Assembly (NCBI GenBank): GCA_033875325.1
Contig: JANRKA010000111.1
Span: 249 to 64,248, forward strand
Length of the DNA: 64,000 nt
Reading direction: 5' to 3'
Source of the DNA: Elusimicrobiota bacterium
GTDB taxonomy: Bacteria; Elusimicrobiota; Elusimicrobia; UBA1565; UBA9628
The notes under the pieces were generated by a model. That model was not told the DNA's origin. It searched no databases and was given only the letters and a program-made list of their open reading frames with translations. Below, piece after piece: positions 26,131 through 33,405 of the stretch; positions within the stretch are counted from its first letter, which is position 1, and every line of letters begins with the position of its first letter. Position numbers and translations under genes: made by a program.

Positions 26131-26139
26131 ATTATATCA
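26131..26139 (-). promoter_or_regulatory. Extended -10 TGaTATAAT, 10 nt upstream of the priming-transferase ATG; part of an 18-nt cassette repeated at 40243-40260
   Basis: Minus strand GTGAATTGATATAATCGGGGACCAGATG. The TGA is also the stop of the upstream radical SAM gene. Confidence 0.4.
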
Positions 26140-27669
26140 ATTCACCGTCGGGGCACGGGAGACGAGGCGGCGGCGCCGCACGAGGGCGAAAAGCCGCTGC
26201 TCGATGACGGTGTCCGAGCGGCCCGCCCGGAAGTTGCGCCAGGCGCGCAGGAGCGCGGCGGGGTGCAGGAGGTAGTGGAGCCCGTAGAACACGCACAGCC
26301 CCAGGACCCGGTAGAAGGCGATCTCCCGGGCGCCTACGTTCTCGCAGTAGTTGGTGGGCTGGCTGACGTCCATGAAGGTCATGAGGCTTTCGAAATAGGG
26401 GCGGTCCATGCGCGGGATGGAGCCCGTTTTGCGCAGGTAGTCGTAGAGCTCGGAGCCGTGGTAGGGCGAATAGGTATAGAGGCCGCAGTCGTCCACGCCC
26501 GACAGCGCGAAACGCGCCGCGGCCCAGACGGTCTTGAGCATGTCGGCGCGCGTTTCGCGCGGGAAGCCGATGATGAGGTTGCACTTCACGAAGATGCCCT
26601 CGCGCTTGGCGTGACGGATGGACTCGTAGAGGCGGGGCAGGTTCACCTTCTTCTTGATGTCCTCGAGCACGCGCTCCGAGCCGCTTTCGGGCGCGTAGGT
26701 CATGTTCGTGCAGCCGGTGGCCGCCATCGCGGCGAGCACCTCGGCGTCCAACGCCTCGGAACGGGTGCCGCTGGGCAGCTGCCAGGTGAAGCGCAAGCCG
26801 CGGTGCTCGATGGCGCGGCAGAAATCCATCACCCAGGACTTCTTGACGATGGCGGTGAGGTCGTAGAAGTCTATGTTGTCGGCGCGGTAGGCCTTCTGGT
26901 AATGCTCGATCTCGTCGAGCACCCGCTCGGGGTCGCGCATGACGTAGCGCGTGGTCCACATCAGCGGATTGGAGCAGAAGGTGCATTGATAGGGGCAGCC
27001 GCGCGTGGCCACCAGCGGCATGGAGCGGCCGCGTTCGACGCCGTGTCCCTCGCCCACGCGGAAGTACGGCTCCAGGTCGAAGAGGTGCCAGGCCGGCAGG
27101 GGCAGGTCGTCGGGCGCGCGCAGGCGCGCGCGCGGGGGGTTGGCGACGGGCGCTCCGCCCTCGCCGCGGTAATGCAGGCCGGCGATGGCCGCCGTCGAGC
27201 CGCGGCCGTCGAGTGCGTCCGCGAACTCCACCATCGTCCGCTCGCCCTCGCCGGATGCCACGAAGTCCACCTGCGGCGAGTCGCGCAGGATGTATTCGGC
27301 GCACGCCGTGGCGTGTTCGCCGCCGACGATGATGGGCGCGTCCGGGAAGCGGGCGCGCAGGGCGGCGATGACGCCTTCGATGTGGGGCCAATCCTGCGAG
27401 AACATCGTGGTGACCCCGATGGCGTCCGGGCGCGCCCGCGCGCGCGCCGCGATTTCTTCCGACGAAAGGCCGCGGTAGCGCACGCCCGGGCCGTAGGAGA
27501 CGCCGATGCGGTCGATGGCCTCTCCCAGGCCGTCGATGCACTCGACCTCGTGGCCCGCCGCGAGCAGGCTCGACGCGAGATAGGCGATGGACAGCGGCAT
27601 GGTCACGGGCGCGCTGCCGCTGGCGGCGGAGAAGACCGACGGAGGCCGCACGAGCAGGAGGCGGGCCAC
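26137..27669 (-). CDS. Cobalamin-binding-domain (class B type) radical SAM enzyme
   Basis: N-terminal B12-binding-like Rossmann (LLLVRPP..., DAIGVTTMF, IIVGGEHAT). RGCPYQCTFCSN CX3CX2C motif. GTG 27669 shares one base with the upstream TAG stop; ATG 27600 is the alternative. Confidence 0.8.
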   Translation of the reverse strand: MARLLLVRPPSVFSAASGSAPVTMPLSIAYLASSLLAAGHEVECIDGLGEAIDRIGVSYGPGVRYRGLSSEEIAARARARPDAIGVTTMFSQDWPHIEGVIAALRARFPDAPIIVGGEHATACAEYILRDSPQVDFVASGEGERTMVEFADALDGRGSTAAIAGLHYRGEGGAPVANPPRARLRAPDDLPLPAWHLFDLEPYFRVGEGHGVERGRSMPLVATRGCPYQCTFCSNPLMWTTRYVMRDPERVLDEIEHYQKAYRADNIDFYDLTAIVKKSWVMDFCRAIEHRGLRFTWQLPSGTRSEALDAEVLAAMAATGCTNMTYAPESGSERVLEDIKKKVNLPRLYESIRHAKREGIFVKCNLIIGFPRETRADMLKTVWAAARFALSGVDDCGLYTYSPYHGSELYDYLRKTGSIPRMDRPYFESLMTFMDVSQPTNYCENVGAREIAFYRVLGLCVFYGLHYLLHPAALLRAWRNFRAGRSDTVIEQRLFALVRRRRLVSRAPTVN

Positions 27670-28622
27670 TAGGGCTCGGAGGGGGCGGCGAGGTTGTGGC
27701 GCTTGTCCACGACGTAGAGCGGCCGAGCCTTCACCTCGGAGTGGATGCGGCCGACGTATTCGCCCAGGATGCCGATGGAGATGAGCTGGACGCCGCCCAG
27801 GAAGAACATGCCGGCGGTCAGGGTGGCCCAACCGGGGATGACGCTGCTCGAATCGGCGAACAGGCGCCAGAACACGACGTAGGCGGTCCACAAGAACGCG
27901 CCGGCCGCGATGAAGGAGCCGAAATACATGGACCACTGCAGCGGCTGCTCGCTGAAAGTGAAGATGCCGTCGAGCGCCAGGCGCATGAGCTTGGCGAGGG
28001 TGTACTGGGAGCGGCCGCTCTCGCGCGCGGCGCGTTTGTACTCATGTCCGGTCTGGCGGAAGCCGACCCAGCTGCGCAGGCCGCGCACGAAGCGGTGCCG
28101 CTCGGGCATCGCGTTCATGAGGCGCACCACGCGCGCGCTCATCACGCAGAAGTCGCCGGAATCCAAGGGGATGGGCACGGCCGCGAGCCCGCGCAGGATG
28201 CGGTAGAACGCGGCGTAGGCCGTCCTCTTGAGGAATCCTTCCTGGCGGTCGCGCCTGACGGCGTAGACGACGTCGTAGCCCTCTTGGAGCTTGGCGTACA
28301 GCTCGGCGACGAGTTCCGGCGGGTCCTGCAGGTCGCCGTCGATGACGGCGACGGCGCCGCCGCGGGCGTGCTGCAGGCCGGCCGTCACCGCGATCTGATG
28401 GCCGAAATTGCGCGAGAGCGCGAGCCCGCGCGCCCAGTCGTGTTTGCGGCAGGCGGCCTCGATGAGCGCCGGGGTGCCGTCGACGCTCCCGTCGTCGACG
28501 AACACGACTTCATGGGTCAGGCCGAGGGCGGGAAGCGCGGTCTCCAGCCGCGCCAGGAGCCGGGGGAACACCGCGCTCTCGTTGTAGAGCGGCACGACCA
28601 GCGACAGCTGCGGCGTCTTCAC
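27669..28622 (-). CDS. GT2 polyprenol-phosphate glycosyltransferase (GtrB/ArnC/DPM1-like)
   Basis: LSLVVPLYNE, VFVDDGSVDGT, IDGDLQDPPE, two C-terminal TM helices. GTG start in a GTGA overlap. Confidence 0.85.
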   Translation of the reverse strand: MKTPQLSLVVPLYNESAVFPRLLARLETALPALGLTHEVVFVDDGSVDGTPALIEAACRKHDWARGLALSRNFGHQIAVTAGLQHARGGAVAVIDGDLQDPPELVAELYAKLQEGYDVVYAVRRDRQEGFLKRTAYAAFYRILRGLAAVPIPLDSGDFCVMSARVVRLMNAMPERHRFVRGLRSWVGFRQTGHEYKRAARESGRSQYTLAKLMRLALDGIFTFSEQPLQWSMYFGSFIAAGAFLWTAYVVFWRLFADSSSVIPGWATLTAGMFFLGGVQLISIGILGEYVGRIHSEVKARPLYVVDKRHNLAAPSEP

Positions 28623-29347
28623 GCGGCCTCCGGACGGCGGGCGAGGGCGAACAAGGAGGAGCCGCAGGGGGTGCCGCCGCGGCCGGTCAGCGCCTGTTCG
28701 GCCACGCTGGCGGCGTAGAGCAGCGCGTTCACGGGGCTTGGCGGCGGCTTCACCGCGTAATCGGCGGCGCCGGAGCCGCCGACGAGCTTGCGGGCGTAGA
28801 GCGGCAGCAGCGCCCAGCCGAAGTAGTAGTTCATCCGCTCGACGGCGAGGCCGGCGGATTCGAGCGCCGCGCCCAAAGTCTCTCGCGTATAGCGCCGGAA
28901 GTGGCGGTTGGCCTCGTCATGCACGCTCCAGAGGCTCGGCAGAGCCGGCACCGTGACGAAAAGGAAGCCGCCCGGCTCCAGCAGCGCCGCCGCGCGCGCC
29001 GCCGCGGACCGGTCGTCCTCGATGTGCTCCAACGAGTCGAGCATCAAGACGAGGTCGTAGCGGCGCTCGTCGCGGAAGCCCCCGTCGAAAGCCTCCACGC
29101 GGATGCGCGACGCCCACTTGCCGTCCGGGTCCACGAGCGAGGCGTCGTTCTCCACGCCCCAGGGTTCGCCGTAGCGCGACAGGCGGTCGAAGTACAGCCC
29201 GTCGCCGCAGCCGACGTCGAGGATGCGCTTGAGCGGGCGGCGGCGCGACAGCGAATCGAGCCAGCCGTCGACGAAGCGGCGGCGGGCCTGCCACCACCAA
29301 TGCTCCTCCCAGAGACGACGGTAGTTCTCGGAATACGCCGGGAGCAT
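28619..29347 (-). CDS. Class I SAM-dependent methyltransferase
   Basis: ILDVGCGDGLYF motif I. Start placed at ATG 29347 (TACAAT 6 nt upstream) rather than 29404, which would collide with the divergent gene start. Confidence 0.7.
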   Translation of the reverse strand: MLPAYSENYRRLWEEHWWWQARRRFVDGWLDSLSRRRPLKRILDVGCGDGLYFDRLSRYGEPWGVENDASLVDPDGKWASRIRVEAFDGGFRDERRYDLVLMLDSLEHIEDDRSAAARAAALLEPGGFLFVTVPALPSLWSVHDEANRHFRRYTRETLGAALESAGLAVERMNYYFGWALLPLYARKLVGGSGAADYAVKPPPSPVNALLYAASVAEQALTGRGGTPCGSSLFALARRPEAA

Positions 29348-29388
29348 GGGTCCATTGTAGCCTTTTGCCCGGCCCGCTCGTCGGGCTT

Positions 29389-29397
29389 TGATAGAAT
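29389..29397 (+). promoter_or_regulatory. Extended -10 TGaTAGAAT, 5 nt upstream of ATG 29403
   Basis: ctttgatagaatgcgccATG. The divergent TACAAT is on the minus strand at 29359-29354. Confidence 0.4.
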
Positions 29398-29402
29398 GCG
29401 CC

Positions 29403-30908
29403 ATGAGCCCGAACGCGCGCGCCGGCGGGCGCGAGGACCTGCCGCCGCTGCTGCTTCTCCTGGCGGCCGCGTTCGTCTGCCGCGGCGGGCCGGCCGGCTT
29501 GTTCGGCCTGGGCTTCTATCTCGACGATTGGTCGCTCCTGTGCGACGCCGCTTTCCATGAGGGCGCGAGCCCGTTCCTGGACGGGTTGAAGACGCACGCC
29601 TCGCGCCCCTTCTCGTTTCTGGCCTGGACGGTGCCCTATCTCCTGTTCGGGCTGAAGGCGCCGCTGTGGCACGCGTTGATGACCGCCCTCCAATGGGCGG
29701 CGAGTTTCGCCGCTTACCGCGCCTTCCGCGGCTTCGGCGTGGGCCGCGGCGCGGCCCTGCTCGGGGCGGCGCTTTTTCTCGCGCTGCCCAACAAGGACGC
29801 GACCGTGTATTGGCCCGCGGTCTCGCTGCTCAACACCTCGGCGCTCCTGCTCTGGCTGGGCTCGTGGCTGGCTCACGCCCGCTACGCGGCCGCCGGCGGC
29901 ACGCGCTGGCTGGTCGCGGCCGCGGTCATGCTGGCGGCGTCGCTCGGCTTTTATGAGCAGGGCTTCTTCCTCCTCCCGGTCTGGCTACTCGCGCCCGGCG
30001 CCGACGCCCGCCGGCTCAAACGCAGCCTGCTCGTCTGCGGCGCGGCCTTGCTGGCGTTCGCGGCTTACAAGTTCGTCCTGCTGCCCCGATTCCTGCCCTA
30101 CACCAAGAACGTGCGGGCCTCGCCGGGCCACGCCGTGTTCGTCTATTACATGGCGGCGCGCGCCTGGCTGGACCCGCGCTGGCTGCGTTATCTCGCCGGC
30201 TGCGTCGCGGAGGCGGCCATGCGGGCGCCGCTGTTGGCCGCGGCGGCGCTCGCGCTGCCGTGGGCCGCGTGGGCCGCGACGAACCGGGACGCCGACGAGC
30301 CGGGCGAAGACGGCCCGCGGCGCCTCGTCCTCTGGGGAGCCGCCGTTTGGCTCCTCGGTTATCTGCCGTTCTGCTTCAGCGAGTACGCGCCCGCCGCTTA
30401 CGACGAGATGAACAGGCTCAACCAGCTTCCGGCTCTCGGGGCGGCGGCCGCGTTGTGCGGGCTTGCGTCGGCGACGGCGGCGCGCCGCGCGGTCCTGGCG
30501 GGACTCGCGGCCTTCGGCCTGCTCGCGCACGTCGAGTTCGCGGAGATCTGGCAGGAATCCTATCGGCGCCAGCTGCAGGTGCGCCGGCGCGTTCTCGAGG
30601 AACTGCCGAGGTGGCCGCGCGACAAGGGGCTCGTCATCCGTCTGCCCGAGGACCGCGTCGCGCGCAAGGCGCCCGTCTTCATCGCCAAATACGACGCGTC
30701 AGGCGCGATCCGGCTGTGGACGGGGGACCCGCGGCGCGAAGCGTGGCCGGTGGTGCCGCAGACGCGCTTCGAAGCGGACGCGGCCATGCTCTACGGGGAA
30801 CGCCGGGCGTACGAATCCCTCCTGCTCCTGGACATGACGACGGGCCTCTTGAGCCCTCTGTCCGACGCGGCGGCGCGGCGCTCGCTGCCGCCTCCCGGCG
30901 GAGGCTAG
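29403..30908 (+). CDS. Polytopic membrane protein, GT-C-like (ArnT/PMT/GtrC-type) putative glycosyltransferase
   Basis: About 10 or more hydrophobic segments, early loop motif FYLDDWS, soluble C-terminal domain. Divergent from the GtrB-like GT2 operon. Confidence 0.5.
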   Translation: MSPNARAGGREDLPPLLLLLAAAFVCRGGPAGLFGLGFYLDDWSLLCDAAFHEGASPFLDGLKTHASRPFSFLAWTVPYLLFGLKAPLWHALMTALQWAASFAAYRAFRGFGVGRGAALLGAALFLALPNKDATVYWPAVSLLNTSALLLWLGSWLAHARYAAAGGTRWLVAAAVMLAASLGFYEQGFFLLPVWLLAPGADARRLKRSLLVCGAALLAFAAYKFVLLPRFLPYTKNVRASPGHAVFVYYMAARAWLDPRWLRYLAGCVAEAAMRAPLLAAAALALPWAAWAATNRDADEPGEDGPRRLVLWGAAVWLLGYLPFCFSEYAPAAYDEMNRLNQLPALGAAAALCGLASATAARRAVLAGLAAFGLLAHVEFAEIWQESYRRQLQVRRRVLEELPRWPRDKGLVIRLPEDRVARKAPVFIAKYDASGAIRLWTGDPRREAWPVVPQTRFEADAAMLYGERRAYESLLLLDMTTGLLSPLSDAAARRSLPPPGGG

Positions 30909-30915
30909 CGGCGCG

Positions 30916-31470
30916 TCACGACACGCGGTAGTCGATGTTGTCGAAGTCCACGACGCTGACGAAGCGGCGGGACCCGGAGGCGGGCGGACGCTCGAGCGAG
31001 GCGTAGAACACCGTTTCGGCGCCGGCGGGCACGCCGTCGAAGCCCGCGGCGAAGGTGAAGCGCGCCCCGTCCAGGCCGTGGCCCTCCGCGGTCTCGCGCA
31101 GCAGCTCGAGCAGTTCGTGGTCGGCGACGAAGACGAAGTCGCGCCGGCCCGAGGCGTATTCGCGGTCCAGGACTGCGGCGATGTTCTCCTGGAGTTGGCG
31201 GAAGATGCGCAAGGTGTAGACGGTGTAGTGGTAGGCCTTGCGGCTCTTCTCCAGAGCGCCTTCCAGGGTGAGCAGGTAGCGCGTGCGCTTCCAGTCGAGC
31301 TGGGTGACCTTGAGCAGGCCTTTGCGGGCGAGCCGGCGGATGAGGAGGTTGGTCGTCCCCAAAGACAGGCCGAGGCTCTCCGACAGGTGCCGTTGAGTGG
31401 CCTCCGGGTTGCGGGAGATCTCCTGGATGAGCAGGAACTCCTTCTCGGCGAGACCGTCTTTGGTAGCCAT
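30916..31470 (-). CDS. Winged-helix regulator, EPS-associated MarR-like N-terminal domain plus about 85-aa C-terminal domain of unknown function
   Basis: NPEATQRHLSESLGLSLGTTNLLIRRLARKGLLKV...YLLTLEGALEKSR resembles the EPS-associated MarR family pattern. Its own promoter region carries the GTTC-N7-GAAC motif. Confidence 0.65.
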   Translation of the reverse strand: MATKDGLAEKEFLLIQEISRNPEATQRHLSESLGLSLGTTNLLIRRLARKGLLKVTQLDWKRTRYLLTLEGALEKSRKAYHYTVYTLRIFRQLQENIAAVLDREYASGRRDFVFVADHELLELLRETAEGHGLDGARFTFAAGFDGVPAGAETVFYASLERPPASGSRRFVSVVDFDNIDYRVS

Positions 31471-31472
31471 GC

Positions 31473-31489
31473 GTTCGATTATTGAACAT
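31473..31489. promoter_or_regulatory. Candidate operator site S1: GTTCG-ATTAT-TGAACAT
   Basis: 11-nt core TTATTGAACAT is identical at 31479-31489, 42919-42929 and 59979-59989. Lies between the divergent regulator (ATG 31470) and epimerase (ATG 31532) genes. Confidence 0.5.
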
Positions 31490-31531
31490 CATACCTTATT
31501 CTGTGTTCATAATTTGTACGATGGGCCGGAT

Positions 31532-32497
31532 ATGAAGCCTGGCCTCTCCGGGTCCACGGTGCTCGTCACCGGCGCGTACGGCTTTTTGGGCCAAGGGCTG
31601 GTCGCGGCACTGCTCGACGCGGGCGCCTCGGTCGCGGCCGTGGGCCGGGACGCCGGCAAGGCGCGGGAGCGTCTGGGCGAGCGCCGGGGATTGCGCTTCA
31701 TCGCCGGCGACGTCAACGAACCGCTCGCCTACGACGGCCCGGCCGACTTCGTCGTCCACGCGGCCAGCGCCGCCGCGCCGAAGCGTTTCGGCGTCGACCC
31801 CGTGGGCGTGCTCTCGCCCAACGTGTTCGGAACCCGCAACCTGCTCGAACTGGCGCGCGCCCGCAAGACGCGCAAGTTCCTTTTCGTCTCCAGCGCCGAG
31901 GTGTACGGGGTCGTGCCCGAGTCCCGCCAACCCATCCTCGAGTCGGAGCCCGGCGGCGTGGACCCCACGGCGCTGCGCTCCTGCTACGCCGAATCCAAGC
32001 GCATGGGCGAGGCCCTGTGCGCGGCCTGGCACCGACAACACGGCGTGCCCGCCGTCATCGGGCGCCTCTTCCACACCTACGGACCCGGCATGGACCCCGA
32101 CGACGGCCGCGTGTTCGCGGATTTCACGGCCGACGCGGTCGCCGGGCGGGCCATCACGGTCAAGGGCGACGGGCTCGACCGCCGCGCGTTCTGCCATCGC
32201 GACGACGCCGTGGCCGGCCTGCTGACCTTGCTCGAGCGCGGCGTCCCCGGCGAGGCCTACAACGTGGCCAACGACGAGGCCGAATGCGGCGTGTTGGAAC
32301 TCGCCGAGCGGATCCAACGCCTGTTCCCGAAGCGGGTGCCCGGCGTCATCAAGGCGCCGCGTCCCGCCGGCCCCGCCTTCGCCGCCAGCCCCGTGCGCCG
32401 CTCGCTGCCCTCCACGGCCAAGCTGCGCGCCCTGGGCTGGGCGCCGCGCATCGGCCTCGACGAGGGCTTCCGCCGCACCGTGGAGAGCTACCTATGA
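31532..32497 (+). CDS. NAD-dependent sugar-nucleotide epimerase/dehydratase (SDR)
   Basis: VLVTGAYGFLGQGL glycine motif, YAESKRMGE (YxxxK). Confidence 0.85.
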   Translation: MKPGLSGSTVLVTGAYGFLGQGLVAALLDAGASVAAVGRDAGKARERLGERRGLRFIAGDVNEPLAYDGPADFVVHAASAAAPKRFGVDPVGVLSPNVFGTRNLLELARARKTRKFLFVSSAEVYGVVPESRQPILESEPGGVDPTALRSCYAESKRMGEALCAAWHRQHGVPAVIGRLFHTYGPGMDPDDGRVFADFTADAVAGRAITVKGDGLDRRAFCHRDDAVAGLLTLLERGVPGEAYNVANDEAECGVLELAERIQRLFPKRVPGVIKAPRPAGPAFAASPVRRSLPSTAKLRALGWAPRIGLDEGFRRTVESYL

Positions 32498-33393
32498 GCG
32501 TTCTCAAGCTGCGCGAGGAGTTCCTCGCCGGCCGTCTGGACAAGCCCGCGTACATCAAGGCCATGACCGCGGAGCACGCGGCGCTGCACGAATACGCCGT
32601 CCTGCTCAAGGACTCGCAAGTCGAGCGCCTGGACATCACCGAGGACGGCGTCGTCGCCGTCACGCGCGACGGCCTGCGGCTCGTCCTGGTGTCCGGCGAC
32701 GCGCGCCTGGCGCAGGCCGAGATGCTGAACTTCGGCAGCTACGAGCAGGAGTTATGGGACACGGCCTTCGCCTTGGTCCCGAAAGGCGCGATCGTCTACG
32801 ACGTCGGCGCCAACGCCGGCGTCTTCGCCCTCGCCCTGGCGCGCCGCGTCCCCGGCGCCGTCGTGCACGCCTTCGAGCCCGTCCCGACGACCTTTGCCCT
32901 GCTCGAACGCCATCTGGCGATGAACGGCGGCGCGTCCGTGCGGCCGCACCCCTACGGCCTCTCGGACAAGACCGGGACCGTGACCTTCCACATCTCCGAC
33001 CAGGGTTCGGCCAACGCGTCGGCCGCGCAGCTGGGCAACGGGCCCACGCTGACGGCGGAGGGGAAGCTGAGGACGATGGACGGCGTCGCTGGCGAGCTCG
33101 GCGACCCCGCCTTCGTCAAATGCGACGTGGAGGGCGGCGAACTGCTCGCCTTCCGCGGCGGGCTCAAGACCTTGGAGCGCGCCAAACCCGTCGTGATGAC
33201 CGAGATGCTGCGCAAATGGGCGGCGGGCTTCGGCTACCACCCCAACGACATCATCGATTTATTCGCCGGGCTCGGCTACCGTTGCTTCGATTCCCGGCTC
33301 AAACCCTTCGGCCGCGTCGACGAGAAGACGTCGGAGACGAACTACTTCTTCCTCCACCCGGCCAAACACGCCGGGCTCATCCCCGCGGCCTGA
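32494..33393 (+). CDS. FkbM-family methyltransferase
   Basis: ATGA overlap. VYDVGANAGVFALALA..., FEPVP, DVEGGEL blocks typical of FkbM. Confidence 0.8.
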   Translation: MSVLKLREEFLAGRLDKPAYIKAMTAEHAALHEYAVLLKDSQVERLDITEDGVVAVTRDGLRLVLVSGDARLAQAEMLNFGSYEQELWDTAFALVPKGAIVYDVGANAGVFALALARRVPGAVVHAFEPVPTTFALLERHLAMNGGASVRPHPYGLSDKTGTVTFHISDQGSANASAAQLGNGPTLTAEGKLRTMDGVAGELGDPAFVKCDVEGGELLAFRGGLKTLERAKPVVMTEMLRKWAAGFGYHPNDIIDLFAGLGYRCFDSRLKPFGRVDEKTSETNYFFLHPAKHAGLIPAA

Positions 33394-33405
33394 GCCGGAA
33401 CGCGG

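Noticed and set aside
29388-29404. Track starts at 29388 (plus strand) and 29404 (minus strand), which would make the divergent genes overlap head-to-head
   Set aside because: Using ATG 29403 and ATG 29347 leaves a 55-bp region with back-to-back -10 boxes placed next to each start. This is more plausible than overlapping divergent 5' ends.
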